Assembly: GCA_902564345.1 (NCBI GenBank)
Contig: CACFAY010000001.1
Location: 25,922 to 89,921, forward strand
DNA: 64,000 bases
From: an uncultured SAR324 cluster bacterium
GTDB taxonomy: Bacteria > SAR324 > NAC60-12
Direction of reading: 5' to 3'
The translations under genes were made by a program, and so were the position numbers. The notes under the pieces were generated by a model. It was not told where the DNA came from and ran no database searches. It was given only the letters and a program-made list of their open reading frames with translations. The first letter of the stretch is position 1. Every line of letters begins with the position of its first letter. Shown here piece after piece: positions 34,596-45,524 of this stretch.

Positions 34596-35903
34596 TTATT
34601 TTGTTCGCTTAATAATATGATATCCGAACTTAGTTTCAACAACCTCACTTATAGCACCCGTATCAAGTCTAAAGACTGCCTGATCAAACTCTGCAACCAT
34701 TTGACCTCGCTCGAATCGTCCTAGGTCACCTCCCTTAGGACCAGAAGGTCCGTCTGAATGTTCACGAGCCAGATCAGCAAAATCTCTCCCATTTTTCAAC
34801 TCTTTCAAAATTTCCTCAGCTAATTTTTTAGCCTCTTTACGATCACGATTTATTTCTGAACGCAGAGCCCCCTTGTATGTGATAAGAATATGGCTGGCTC
34901 TTATTACATCTATATTTACTCGGTTAAAAATTAAAAATCCATAAGGTGAATCTACAGGATCACTAATTTGTCCAATTTTAAGCATCATTGCAGGCTTCAA
35001 AAATTCACTCAAATTATTTCTTGCTGACAACAGAGGAAGTTTAGTTTGCTGGGGCAAATCAGAAAAACGCTTTATCAAATCAGAAAAATTGATTCCCTTT
35101 CTTCGAGCAAGATCTGCCAATTTCAATGCAGCTTTTTTTGCACCAGACTTATCATAATAAATATTCTGCTTAGATGAATTTGCACCTTTATAAGCTATCA
35201 CAAGAAGTTGAGCGCTAACTTCTTCCGAATAGGCCTGTGATGAATTGGGGACTTTTAAAGGATCTATATCGGATGTTGGTTTTGGAATAATTTTCCTGTT
35301 TTTTTCAGCAAGTTTCCTGTTTTTTAAATTAATTGTTTTTTCTATTGATGCAGAATCAAAAGACTGTGCCGATTCTCCTTTACTGATTATGGTTACTGTG
35401 TTGATGAGATCTCCTTTCACAATTGAGTTTACCACATTCATGCCATCAACAACTTCTCCAAAAACAGAATGTTTATTGTCAAGATGTGGGGTAGGAACAT
35501 GCGTTATAAAGAATTGGCTGCCGTTTGTGTTTGCTCCTGCATTGGCCATTGATAAAATTCCACCCTTATTATGTTTGAGATCAGGATGGAACTCATCTTG
35601 GAATTTATAGCCCGGACCACCAGTGCCAGTTCCCAGTGGATCTCCGCCTTGTATCATGAAATCATTAATCACCCTATGAAAACTCAAGCCATCGTAATAA
35701 CGATTTTTTCTGGCCTTGCCTGTAACCGGATCTTTCCACTCTTTTGAACCATCAGCAAGACCGACAAAATTAGCTACAGTCACTGGTGCGCGTTTGTAAA
35801 AAAGTCTTAATACAATAATCCCTTTTGAGGTGTCAATTTTTGCATATAAGCCATCAGAAAGAGTTACTGCAGAGACTTTTACAGAGAAAAATAAAAGAGT
35901 CAT
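34596..35903 (-). CDS. secreted bifunctional peptidyl-prolyl isomerase: N-terminal cyclophilin domain fused to C-terminal parvulin (PpiC) domain
   Basis: Signal peptide [12 protein letters not shown]. Cyclophilin signature [15 protein letters not shown]...GSQFFIT. Parvulin signature SHILITYKG...[21 protein letters not shown]...GYHIIKR. The track ORF opens 36 codons upstream without an ATG; the ATG at 35903 is chosen. Confidence 0.75.
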   Translation of the reverse strand: MTLLFFSVKVSAVTLSDGLYAKIDTSKGIIVLRLFYKRAPVTVANFVGLADGSKEWKDPVTGKARKNRYYDGLSFHRVINDFMIQGGDPLGTGTGGPGYKFQDEFHPDLKHNKGGILSMANAGANTNGSQFFITHVPTPHLDNKHSVFGEVVDGMNVVNSIVKGDLINTVTIISKGESAQSFDSASIEKTINLKNRKLAEKNRKIIPKPTSDIDPLKVPNSSQAYSEEVSAQLLVIAYKGANSSKQNIYYDKSGAKKAALKLADLARRKGINFSDLIKRFSDLPQQTKLPLLSARNNLSEFLKPAMMLKIGQISDPVDSPYGFLIFNRVNIDVIRASHILITYKGALRSEINRDRKEAKKLAEEILKELKNGRDFADLAREHSDGPSGPKGGDLGRFERGQMVAEFDQAVFRLDTGAISEVVETKFGYHIIKRTK

Positions 35904-36144
35904 CACTATCAAAAGATTTTTCCTAAAAACGGAGAAAACTAGCAATATGGTTTTAAGGAAAAAGGAATTGTGATTCTCTTTAATGAGCGAAAAATAAGTA
36001 CTTGAAAACATAAAATTGTTATTTGAATAGGAGGAAAAGAAATGTCTAAGACTAGCTTGTTTACGATTATTGTCTCAAGTCATTTGTGTGAAAAGAGAAG
36101 ATCATTATATGATTTAACCTAAAAATTAAGTTTTAATTTTTGAA

Positions 36145-36732
36145 TCAATCACTATTTTTGAGCAAAAAATCAACTGCACTCCAAAGATCGTCCGACCAGT
36201 AATTAGGAAAAACAGACGTCTTACCATCCTGTCCTCCATTGCCAGTGCGAACACCGATGGAACTTGTCCCCCAATCTGCAGCAGCCACAAAATCAGTAGT
36301 AGTGTCGCCAATAAAAACTGCTTCTTGTGGAACAAAACCATGATCAGAAGAAGCTTTTTCTAACATCCCTGTTCCCGGTTTTCTACATAAGCATGGTAGC
36401 GAATTTGTTTGTCTCCTTCCGTTTTTCCAGTCAGGATGATGCGGACAAAAATATTGTCCATCAATGTGTGCTCCTACCATCTGAAGTTCAAGGTGCATTT
36501 TTTTGGTTATTTGTTCGAATACTTCCTTAGTTAGATCGCCTCTTGCAATGGCAGCTTGGTTTGTAATAACAAAGCATTTCCAGCCTTTTTTATTGATTCT
36601 TGCTACTGCCTCAGCGCTTCTGGGAATCATCGCAAATTGATCCGGATTGAGAATAGGCCCCGGTTCTTGATTGATTACACCATCCCGATCTAGCAGTATA
36701 ACACGTAATCTACTGAAAAAACTTTCATTCAT
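36145..36732 (-). CDS. gmhB: D-glycero-beta-D-manno-heptose 1,7-bisphosphate 7-phosphatase (HAD IIIA, zinc-binding)
   Basis: ILLDRDGVIN motif I, CPHHPD...C.CRKP zinc-finger insert, GDTTTD motif IV. Confidence 0.8.
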   Translation of the reverse strand: MNESFFSRLRVILLDRDGVINQEPGPILNPDQFAMIPRSAEAVARINKKGWKCFVITNQAAIARGDLTKEVFEQITKKMHLELQMVGAHIDGQYFCPHHPDWKNGRRQTNSLPCLCRKPGTGMLEKASSDHGFVPQEAVFIGDTTTDFVAAADWGTSSIGVRTGNGGQDGKTSVFPNYWSDDLWSAVDFLLKNSD

Positions 36733-36740
36733 TGGACCTA

Positions 36741-37856
36741 TCAGTTTAAAAAAGATAATCGATGATTGCGCTCTTCTGGTGACTTTTCTGACAATTCCCT
36801 TACTACCTTTAAAAACTTTTTCCAGTCTTTGCCCTGCTGAACAAACAACCTCTTGAATTGTTCAACTTTGCTATGGTATCGCTTTACACCTAACAAATGA
36901 GTGTTATTCAAGTCTTTTTTAAACCAATTATCATAAGATAGCACTCTAAACTCATCTTTAAATGTTTGATAATTTTCTCGCAACTCATCAAACAACTTTT
37001 GCTTTTTTTGCAGCTTCTCAGCATTTGTAATTTTTGAAGAAAACAATTTTTCCAAATCATCAATAGCTGAATTAATAATGCGCATAAATAATTTACGATC
37101 TTTGCTAGCCTTCATATACCATTTATATAGTTCTAATCTGCCTTTATCAAAGACTACTTTTTCATCAGAATGGTTTATAAATTGTCGCAAACCTTCCTGT
37201 TCAACAAAAACTGCGAATGATTCATTAAATGATGTATCGTCTCTGACATAAACCACCTGATGCGCGAGTTCATGAATCAGTACGGTAATTAATTCTGCAT
37301 CATTACGGCGCAGAAATGTACTTAGTACAGGATCTGAGAAAAAATCAGGCATCCAAGATTTGTTTAACCAGCCAAGAGTAGAGTAGGCGGTAACCTGACT
37401 AATGGATACATCCAGCTCCTGGCGTTGCAATTCCTCAGCAAATATTATTGCTTGTTCTTGATCAAAATACCCACGATATTCCTGGCATCCAATGAACCAA
37501 TAACACCATTTGTGTGCTTTTAATTCTAGTTTCGGTGCCGCTGTTACTACCATAGTAACATATGGACGGTCAAGTTCGACGAAGCCAGAGTAACCTTCAT
37601 TTTCAGGAATATCCAATTGTTGAATTGCAAATTTTCTAACACTCTTGACAAGATTTAATTTCCGCTTTAATTCTGGTGCAGTATCAGGTGAATCAATTAG
37701 TTCCTGTATTTCCTTTTTTCGGCTAAGCAAATCCAAATGTCCTGATGCCGCTTGCCAGTAATAACCTAAATCTGAGCAACCACCAGAGAAAATTAATCCT
37801 CCAAGGATGAAAAGTAATATGGTCTTAAAGCTCACAAAAATTTTTGGTATTATCAA
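36741..37856 (-). CDS. putative zinc metallo-aminopeptidase lipoprotein (HExxH; predicted-aminopeptidase family)
   Basis: Lipobox LIFSGGC. HELAHQ zinc motif followed by NESFAVFVEQEG. Family assignment is from memory. Confidence 0.45.
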   Translation of the reverse strand: MIIPKIFVSFKTILLFILGGLIFSGGCSDLGYYWQAASGHLDLLSRKKEIQELIDSPDTAPELKRKLNLVKSVRKFAIQQLDIPENEGYSGFVELDRPYVTMVVTAAPKLELKAHKWCYWFIGCQEYRGYFDQEQAIIFAEELQRQELDVSISQVTAYSTLGWLNKSWMPDFFSDPVLSTFLRRNDAELITVLIHELAHQVVYVRDDTSFNESFAVFVEQEGLRQFINHSDEKVVFDKGRLELYKWYMKASKDRKLFMRIINSAIDDLEKLFSSKITNAEKLQKKQKLFDELRENYQTFKDEFRVLSYDNWFKKDLNNTHLLGVKRYHSKVEQFKRLFVQQGKDWKKFLKVVRELSEKSPEERNHRLSFLN

Positions 37857-39823
37857 TCCAAGAATTGCAGAAATTTTTCAGCAGGTTCTATGATTCCAGC
37901 CTGTATGGCAATTACATTATCATTTGTATCGAGAACTACATATAGCGGCAGAGCTACAGTTTGAAATCTACTTATTTGAATTTGCCGATTTTCTCCAGCC
38001 TTATCTCCTCCATCAGTAAAAAGATGTACTAGCACAAATTTATTCTTAAACCGATCAATTACTTCGGGATGTGAGAAAATATTTTTTTCCATCCATCGAC
38101 AATTAACACAAGTATATCCTGTAAAATCAATAAAAATATGCTTTTTTTCAGATTTTGCCTTCTCCATTGCAACAGATAAATCGCTATGCCAGAAAAGTGA
38201 ATGAGCTTTAATTTCCGAATTGAAGTCAGTGCCTTGTGAAAATGCCAAACTGTTTTTTCCTAAAATCTGCAGATCTGGAGGTAAAAAAGTATCAACCCAC
38301 GGATTTAACTGGATACCAGCTAATCCACGAACCAAGTAAATACCAAGCACAGCAAAAACAAAAGCAGCAGCAAATCCAACACTACCTGTTTTGACTATTC
38401 GTGAATGATGGATTTTCAACAATCCTAGCAAATAAAAAGTTCCAATTAGGCAAATAATTACCCATGCAACAAGTACAAATTCCCTATTAATAAGACCCCA
38501 CTGCCAAACAAGGTCGGCATTGCTAAAAAACTTAAAGGCTGCTGCGAGTTCAAGCAAACCTAGAATTATTTTGAGATGATTCATCCAGCTGCCTGACTTT
38601 GATTGCATTTTCTGAATGAGGCGCGGAAATAGGCCAAGCAGAAAAAATGGAAAAGCAAAAACAGTTGAAAATACAAGCATTCCGACTATAGGCCAGAACC
38701 ACATTCCCTGTGAAGCCGCAATAAGCATTGTGCCCACAAACTGAACTGTACAAGTGAACGAAGTCAGAGTGAAAACCAGACCCATGGCAAGCACTCCAAA
38801 TGTTCCTCTCAATTGCCGCGACCAATGATCAACAATGTTTGTAAAACCACCAGGAGCATTCAACTGTAGAAAGCCCATCAAACTTAAGGCAAATATTGTA
38901 AACATCACACCTATTGCCAGGTTTATCCAACCATTGGTAGCGAATTGAACAGCACCAGCTGCGCCTAGGACTATTGAAAGGAGCATACCTGTAACTGTAT
39001 ATGTGACTACAATTCCAAAACCAAACAAAGCAGCAAGGCGCAATGTTTCTCTTGTTCCCGTATGACTTTGTTTAGTAAAAAAAGCAACCGTTACCGGTAT
39101 CATTGGAAAAACACAGGGTGTAAGCAATGCCAAAAAACCAGCAATAATTGCCAGACCTATAAATCCAAGGAATCCGGTACTAATAACCATATCAATTTCT
39201 GAAAGATTCTCTGGGGGTTTGTCAACTGCAAATTGTGGAAATAAATATTTCTCTCGAACATTTCCAGTTCCAATAGAAATATCTAAGTTTAACTCTTCTG
39301 TTTTAGGTGGAAGACAAATTCGGTCACTGCAAGCTTGATAAGTTAATTTAATGATATTTTTCAGTATTTTAGTACCTAATAAGTTCTCTGGAACATTGAT
39401 GTTTTGAAATAATTTAGCTGTTTTTTTGTGAAAGCTCAGAACCATTTGCAGAACTGGGTCTTTGGCATTAATCGGGTTGCTTTCGTACACAGGACCGACC
39501 ATTACAAACAAATCATTTTCAAAAGTTAATGAAGTCGGTATTGGGGAAAACTCTCCCTTATTCGGAATTACTGAATATATATGCCAACCAGAATGAATAT
39601 CCAATTCCACAATAATACGAGCATGCTCTCCCGGACGAGGTTCGTTTGGTTCAAGCCGATATTTAAAAGTTATGATATTTTCAGGAATTACAATTTCATC
39701 ATCAAACTGCGAGCTTGCCTCGCATGGTAGCAAAAAAAAGCATGTTAAAGCAACACATACGCATTGTCCAAGCTGGTACAAGTAACTAAAAAATTTCCGA
39801 CCTGAATTATAGTGGGACGACAT
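37853..39823 (-). CDS. dsbD: thiol:disulfide interchange protein DsbD (N-terminal periplasmic domain, CcdA-type TM core, C-terminal thioredoxin)
   Basis: TM core with a Cys pair (LTPCVFPMIP); C-terminal YTCVNCRWME CxxC thioredoxin motif; 656 aa. Confidence 0.8.
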   Translation of the reverse strand: MSSHYNSGRKFFSYLYQLGQCVCVALTCFFLLPCEASSQFDDEIVIPENIITFKYRLEPNEPRPGEHARIIVELDIHSGWHIYSVIPNKGEFSPIPTSLTFENDLFVMVGPVYESNPINAKDPVLQMVLSFHKKTAKLFQNINVPENLLGTKILKNIIKLTYQACSDRICLPPKTEELNLDISIGTGNVREKYLFPQFAVDKPPENLSEIDMVISTGFLGFIGLAIIAGFLALLTPCVFPMIPVTVAFFTKQSHTGTRETLRLAALFGFGIVVTYTVTGMLLSIVLGAAGAVQFATNGWINLAIGVMFTIFALSLMGFLQLNAPGGFTNIVDHWSRQLRGTFGVLAMGLVFTLTSFTCTVQFVGTMLIAASQGMWFWPIVGMLVFSTVFAFPFFLLGLFPRLIQKMQSKSGSWMNHLKIILGLLELAAAFKFFSNADLVWQWGLINREFVLVAWVIICLIGTFYLLGLLKIHHSRIVKTGSVGFAAAFVFAVLGIYLVRGLAGIQLNPWVDTFLPPDLQILGKNSLAFSQGTDFNSEIKAHSLFWHSDLSVAMEKAKSEKKHIFIDFTGYTCVNCRWMEKNIFSHPEVIDRFKNKFVLVHLFTDGGDKAGENRQIQISRFQTVALPLYVVLDTNDNVIAIQAGIIEPAEKFLQFLD

Positions 39824-39824
39824 T

Positions 39825-39892
39825 GTTTGGAAATAAATTATATAGCAGTAAACAGTTTGGAAATAAATTATATAGCAGTAAACAGTTTGGAA
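39825..39892. repeat. perfect tandem direct repeat, 30-nt unit GTTTGGAAATAAATTATATAGCAGTAAACA x2 plus an 8-nt partial third copy
   Basis: Read directly: 39825-39854 equals 39855-39884, and 39885-39892 repeats the first 8 nt. It lies 1 nt upstream of the dsbD start codon (minus strand). Confidence 0.9.
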
Positions 39893-40305
39893 GGGCTCGC
39901 AAAAAGATATTCAAGAGTGAAAATCAATTGAAAAAAGCTTGGTTTTTAATGCATCGAAACACTTTCAAATGTCATTCCCCAAACAAACGGCTTACACTCT
40001 CATTGTCATGCCTCCGTTCTTTGGTCTCAGACAAACATGCTAAAAATCAAACTGTTCACCTTGATAGTCTGGAAATTTCTTCCAGAGATTTAATGTCTCT
40101 AGAACTAAACTCAAAAACATTGATCTGAGATTCGAGAGATCTGGTTAGCAGTAGAATCTTGTTAGGATTATAAGGGTATTGCGCCTGCAAAATAGAGCTA
40201 ATTATGTCTACATAGAGTCAGAGTGCTTTGCTCTTTTCTGTATCTCAAAAAATTTCACTCAGTAAATAATTTTTATAATTCATAATTTTAACTAACAAGA
40301 TCTTT

Positions 40306-41349
40306 TTACAAATTTTCTGGACGAAGATTACGCAGCACTTTCCCTGCTTGCCACATTTCTTGGTTGCTGACATCCTTTAGTTCTTTTTCCAGCTTTTCAC
40401 GATAATCTTCACTCGAATTAGAATCTATCGCAATTTTAGCTTCATTTCCGTTCAGTACACTTTGGTAACATTCTTCTATAAGAGGTTTAATTACATTACG
40501 AAATTTAGGTGCCCAGTCAAGTGCTCCTCTCTGTGCAGTGGTTGAACAATTTGCGTACATCCAATCCATTCCTTTTTCAGAAACCAGAGGGTAAAGACTT
40601 TGAAGCGCTTCTTCTATGGTTTCATTGTAAGCTTCTGAAGGAGAATGGCCATGTTCTCTTAGAACTTCATATTGTGCTAAAAATGCACCTTGTAATAATC
40701 CCATTAATACACATCTTTCTCCAGTTAGGTCACTGTGAACTTCATTCTCGAATGTAGTTTCAAAAAGATGGCCTGATCCAATTGCAAAAGCTGTTGATAT
40801 GCAACGATATCTTGCACGCCCTGTAAAATCCTGATTAATCGCGAATGAGGCATTAATTCCTCGTCCTGCCTGAAAATGAGTACGAACTGTCAGACCACTG
40901 CCTTTGGGCGCTACCAGTATCACATCAACATTATCTGGTGGGACAATTCCCGTATCTTTGTGAAATACAATGCCGAATCCATGCGAAAAATAAAGAGCAT
41001 CGCCTTCATTTAAACTTGATTTAACCATTGGCCATGCTGAAATCTGACCGGCATCTGAAAGTAAGTATTGAAGAATAGTAGCTTGATTGGCAGCATCTTC
41101 CGTTTCAAAGAGAGTTTTTCCCTCAACCCAACCATCCTCAAGAGCCTTTTCCCAACTTCTACCTTTTCTTAATCCCAAAATAACTTTGAAACCTTGATCA
41201 CGCATGTTTAGGCTCTGTCCCCTGCCTTGTGGCCCATAACCCAGTATCGCTGTTACTTCATCCTCCAGATTTTCCTTACATTGTTCAATCGGATAATCCG
41301 AACGCTCAACTATGGTTTCTTTAATTCCGTTTATTTCAATTTCCTTCAT
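40306..41349 (-). CDS. ilvC: ketol-acid reductoisomerase
   Basis: GYGPQGRGQSLNMRDQG Rossmann start, SWEKA, C-terminal knotted-domain motifs (SDLTGERCVLMG...HSPSEAYNETIEE), 347 aa. Confidence 0.85.
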   Translation of the reverse strand: MKEIEINGIKETIVERSDYPIEQCKENLEDEVTAILGYGPQGRGQSLNMRDQGFKVILGLRKGRSWEKALEDGWVEGKTLFETEDAANQATILQYLLSDAGQISAWPMVKSSLNEGDALYFSHGFGIVFHKDTGIVPPDNVDVILVAPKGSGLTVRTHFQAGRGINASFAINQDFTGRARYRCISTAFAIGSGHLFETTFENEVHSDLTGERCVLMGLLQGAFLAQYEVLREHGHSPSEAYNETIEEALQSLYPLVSEKGMDWMYANCSTTAQRGALDWAPKFRNVIKPLIEECYQSVLNGNEAKIAIDSNSSEDYREKLEKELKDVSNQEMWQAGKVLRNLRPENL

Positions 41350-41487
41350 TATATCTCCGCAAGTTTAATAACTGATTTTTAAAAAATGTCGCAATTATTT
41401 CACGACACAATATGTGAGAAATAGCCTCAAAAGTCAATTCAATCAAGCTTTTGATAAGAAACCTAAGCAACTGAAGTAAGCTTGCTT

Positions 41488-44040
41488 TCAGGCAGCTTGT
41501 TTGTTCTTAAAGGTGAGTTCATTTTGGGAAATCAGAACAACTTCTGACTCCTTTTCAGCGCCATGCTTTGTAACATTTTCTTTGGCCTGTGTTTTCAATT
41601 CTGTCAGTCTGCTAAGGATTTCTTCTGCAGTAGCAGGAAGGTTCAGCTTAGGACATTTACCTTTTTGTACTGAGGATAAGGCATGCTTAACCGCTACCCA
41701 TACTGACAAGCAAAGCATTAAAGGGGGTTCTCCTACAGCCTTGCTTCGTCTTATGTTAATTTGATGGTAAGGATTAGTGATAGTTTCTACGTTGAATATA
41801 TCAGGTATGTCCTGAATATTAGGAATCTTGTAGGTGGTAGGAGAAAAGGATAGTAGTTCACCTTTGTCAGAGTAACGAAGTTCTTCATTAGTTACCCACC
41901 CCAATCCTTGAATGAAGCCTCCGATTATCTGACCACGATCAATTCCTGGGTTAATTGATTCACCAATATCCATCAGTAAATCCGATCTCTCCAGACTTAG
42001 CTGTCCAGTAAAACGATCTATTAGAACTTCTGACACGGATGCTCCCATAGTGTAATAAAAAAATGGTTTGCCCTTCTCTGTATCCCGATTGAACTCAATT
42101 TCTGGAGTCTTATAAAAACCTCTCTCGCCCATACTTACTCTCTCCATGAATGCTAGCTGCACCAGTTTTTTGAAAGAAAGTTTGTTTTTCCGGTTGCGCT
42201 TATCAAAAACACTGTTGTTTTCAAAACAAATTTGCTTCGCAGAAGACATGAGGCCACCCACTTGATTTTCAAAGTAATTACTGGCAACCACACACAAATT
42301 GCTACGTATTTTCCGACATGCATTTACAGCGGCAACTCCGTTCAGGTCAGTACTCGCAGAAGCTGCAGTTGGAGGAGTATTGTTATTTTTCTCTGTTGAA
42401 GTAATCATCAACTTTACATCATGATAAGAAATAGCAAATTCATCTGCTACCAGCTGCCTTATTTTAGTGTTAAGCCCCTGGCCCATTTCAGTACCTCCAG
42501 TTGATACCTGAACAGTACCGTCCCTATAAATATTGACCAGTGCGTTTCCCTGGTTGAGAAATGTTGTGGTAAATGAAATCCCAAATTTCATTGGGGTCAA
42601 TGCTAGACCGCGCAGATGTGTTTGTGACTTGCGGTTAAACTCCTCCACTTGCTTAATGCGCTTCTTATATTGAGAAGTTTTTGCAAGCTGATCTAAAATT
42701 TCTGGAAGAATATGGTTTTTTACAACCTGTCCATAAGGTGTAATATTTCGACCACGATTAGCATAACAGTTCAAACGTCTTATCTCCAAAGCATCCTTCT
42801 TCAGAAATATAGCAATTTCCTGAATAACATTTTCAATATTAGCCATTCCCTGTGGCCCACCAAATCCTCGGAATGCTGTGTTTGGAGGAAAGTTTGTTTT
42901 GCATACAACACCATTAAAAATTAGGTTAGGTATATAATAGGCGTTGTCAGAATGAAACAACGTTCTTTCCAAGACTGAACTGGATAAATCTGCCGCTGCT
43001 CCACCGTTTGAAAAGATATCAAACTTTACCCCTGTAATTTCTCCCTTAGAAGTGAAAGCTGCTTTATAATGAATTTTATATGGGTGCCTTTTCCCGGTAC
43101 AGCGCATATCATCATCTTTTGTATATGCGACCCTTGCAGTTCTACCGGTTTTAGAAGCTACTAGAGCAGCCATTACAGCAGGAATTGCTGCCTGAGTTTC
43201 TTTCCCTCCAAAGCCTCCGCCCATTCGCTTACATACGCAAACAACCTGATGATTACCAATGCCTAACGCTTCTGCAACAACTGTTTGTAGTTCAGATGGA
43301 TTCTGGGTTGAAGAATGAATGTGAATATCACCATTCTCTTCAGGGTTGGCTAAAGCTGCTTGAGATTCAAGATAAAACTGCTCCTGTCCATTACATAAAA
43401 ATGTTCCTTTCAAAATATTCTCTGATTCTCTCCAAGCCTTTTCAAAATCCCCCTGTTTGAATGTGCGTTTTTCTCCAATAAACTGTTTTGCAAAAATTGC
43501 CTCATCAACTGTGAATACAGGCTTTAATTCCTTAATACTGAGTTTTAACTTTTTTTTAGCCTCGCGAATAGCTTTATTGGATTCACCAGCTATAATTGCG
43601 ATGGGCTGCCCCACATATTGAACAAAATCCTTTGCCAGAATTGGTTCATCCTGAACAACTGGGCCATAAAAATTTTTCCCAGGAATATCAGTATGTGTGT
43701 ATACTCCAGCTATTCCATCCTGCTGAGCAAGTTCCTTAGAGTTAAGACTTTTAATCTTTCCATGAGCTACAGGACTCGAAATGAAATCAACAATTAATTC
43801 ATTTTTTGTTGGAGTAATGTCATCAACAAATAAAGCCTCTCCAGTTACATGTCCAAGTGCTGAATCGTGTGGAATCTGTTTGCCCACTAATTTGGATTTA
43901 TTCAAATCTAATTCAGGCTGATTAAAAATTTCTAAGTAAAGACTATTTTTACTTAAAGTACGATCTTCCATTGCTATCTTTCCCTTAATTTCACTGGTAG
44001 CTGGTGACTTTTTTTCTGGTCTTTTTGTAAGAGATTTCAT
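41488..44040 (-). CDS. xdhB: xanthine dehydrogenase molybdopterin-binding large subunit
   Basis: HDSALGHVTGEALFVDDI N-terminal motif and GGGFGGK Mo-pterin binding signature; 850 aa; start overlaps the xdhA stop by 4 nt. Confidence 0.85.
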   Translation of the reverse strand: MKSLTKRPEKKSPATSEIKGKIAMEDRTLSKNSLYLEIFNQPELDLNKSKLVGKQIPHDSALGHVTGEALFVDDITPTKNELIVDFISSPVAHGKIKSLNSKELAQQDGIAGVYTHTDIPGKNFYGPVVQDEPILAKDFVQYVGQPIAIIAGESNKAIREAKKKLKLSIKELKPVFTVDEAIFAKQFIGEKRTFKQGDFEKAWRESENILKGTFLCNGQEQFYLESQAALANPEENGDIHIHSSTQNPSELQTVVAEALGIGNHQVVCVCKRMGGGFGGKETQAAIPAVMAALVASKTGRTARVAYTKDDDMRCTGKRHPYKIHYKAAFTSKGEITGVKFDIFSNGGAAADLSSSVLERTLFHSDNAYYIPNLIFNGVVCKTNFPPNTAFRGFGGPQGMANIENVIQEIAIFLKKDALEIRRLNCYANRGRNITPYGQVVKNHILPEILDQLAKTSQYKKRIKQVEEFNRKSQTHLRGLALTPMKFGISFTTTFLNQGNALVNIYRDGTVQVSTGGTEMGQGLNTKIRQLVADEFAISYHDVKLMITSTEKNNNTPPTAASASTDLNGVAAVNACRKIRSNLCVVASNYFENQVGGLMSSAKQICFENNSVFDKRNRKNKLSFKKLVQLAFMERVSMGERGFYKTPEIEFNRDTEKGKPFFYYTMGASVSEVLIDRFTGQLSLERSDLLMDIGESINPGIDRGQIIGGFIQGLGWVTNEELRYSDKGELLSFSPTTYKIPNIQDIPDIFNVETITNPYHQINIRRSKAVGEPPLMLCLSVWVAVKHALSSVQKGKCPKLNLPATAEEILSRLTELKTQAKENVTKHGAEKESEVVLISQNELTFKNKQAA

Positions 44041-45524
44041 GCAGCCTCTTTTTTATCTTGGTAATTATTACAGCATTCATGAAAAAACTTGATCAAAATA
44101 TTTTCAGCCAATTGTTTCCGATAATTTGTGGATGCACGAACATCTGATATTGGTGAAATTTCATCAGAGGCAATTCTGCCTGCCTGCTGAAAAACTGATT
44201 CCGTAACCGGATTATTCTCAATGAATTTCTCTGTTTCAGGTAAACGAAGTACAATAGGACCAACTCCGCCATATGCCAAACGTGCCTTTTTTACTTTGCC
44301 ATGTTTCACCCTTAACATAATTCCTGCAGTAAAAGTAGATATATCCAGATCCTTGCGTTTTGAAACTTTATAAAGTTTTAGGATGTCTGAGGAATCAGGA
44401 AGATTCCAGCGTACGCTTGTAATCAGTTCACTTGGTTTCATTTCAGTTTTTTTATATGCAAGAAAAAACTTATTGATATTGATCCATCTTTTACCCTTAT
44501 TTCCTGATAATTCTATTTCAGCATCAATCACATGAAGAAAGGGTAGAGAATCTGCAATTGGCGAAGCATTGGCAATGTTACCTGCAAGCGTCCCAGCATT
44601 CCTTATTTGTCTAGAAGCAAATAACGAGATAATCTCGGATAGTTCAGGTAGTTTTTGTTTACAGAATTCTCCAAGCTTTGTCCATGTCACATTAGCTCCA
44701 ACCTTCACTTTACTATTTTTTACTTCAATAAAATTTAGTTTTTTCAAATTTGTCAAGCTCATTACACATTTTGGCTCAATATACTGCTTGTTTATCTGCA
44801 CAGAAATATCTGTTCCTCCCGCTACAACTGTAACGTTTTTGTATTTTTGCTTGAATTCAATCGCTTCTTTTATTCTAGACGGCACAAAAATTCTTGCCCT
44901 ATTTGTTTCTCCATTCCAATTTTCCACATATTCACAAAGTAAAGGTTCTGAAGCATGTTTTTTAAAATCTTCAACAACTAAATTTTGGTTGAAAATTTTT
45001 GATGGAAGTTGCATTACTGAAGATGCTTTGCTGAGTTTTGGAAGAGTTAGTGCCGCTTCAATTATTTGTTCATAGCCCGTACATCGGCACAAATTTCCAG
45101 TTAATCCGTCCTGTATAGATAGTCTTGTCAAGGACTCCTTAGTTTCCAGCATGGCAGCCATCGACATTACAAAGCCAGGTGTGCAATACCCACATTGCGA
45201 CCCCATTGCATCCACCATCGCCTGCTGAACAGGATGAATTTGATTATCCTGTTTTAGACCTTCAACACTTATAACATGTGTACAGTCAAGTTGATAAAGA
45301 TACTGAATACAGCTGTCTAGCCCCTCAAATTCTAGCTTATTATTACGAAAGCGCCCCACCAGTACAGAACAAGAACCGCAATCTCCTTCAGCACAAACTA
45401 CTTTTGTACCAACTAACCCAAGATCATGACGCAAAAAATCAGAAAGTGATTGAAAGCATCTTTCTCCTGAAATCTGGTGACGACGTCCATTTACATATAT
45501 CAGCAGATAGTTACGCATAATCAA
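44037..45524 (-). CDS. xdhA: xanthine dehydrogenase small subunit (2Fe-2S + FAD-binding domains)
   Basis: CAEGDCGSCSV and GYCTPGFVMS iron-sulfur motifs, followed by an FAD-binding domain. Confidence 0.85.
   Translation of the reverse strand: MIMRNYLLIYVNGRRHQISGERCFQSLSDFLRHDLGLVGTKVVCAEGDCGSCSVLVGRFRNNKLEFEGLDSCIQYLYQLDCTHVISVEGLKQDNQIHPVQQAMVDAMGSQCGYCTPGFVMSMAAMLETKESLTRLSIQDGLTGNLCRCTGYEQIIEAALTLPKLSKASSVMQLPSKIFNQNLVVEDFKKHASEPLLCEYVENWNGETNRARIFVPSRIKEAIEFKQKYKNVTVVAGGTDISVQINKQYIEPKCVMSLTNLKKLNFIEVKNSKVKVGANVTWTKLGEFCKQKLPELSEIISLFASRQIRNAGTLAGNIANASPIADSLPFLHVIDAEIELSGNKGKRWININKFFLAYKKTEMKPSELITSVRWNLPDSSDILKLYKVSKRKDLDISTFTAGIMLRVKHGKVKKARLAYGGVGPIVLRLPETEKFIENNPVTESVFQQAGRIASDEISPISDVRASTNYRKQLAENILIKFFHECCNNYQDKKEAA

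Noticed and set aside
39823-40128. 101-codon ORF whose N-terminus is encoded by the 30-nt tandem repeat (MFGNKLYSSKQFGNKLYSSKQFG)
   Set aside because: The repeat-derived peptide and the remaining low-complexity sequence, plus its position in the dsbD/ilvC intergenic region, argue for a spurious ORF. The repeat is reported as a DNA feature.
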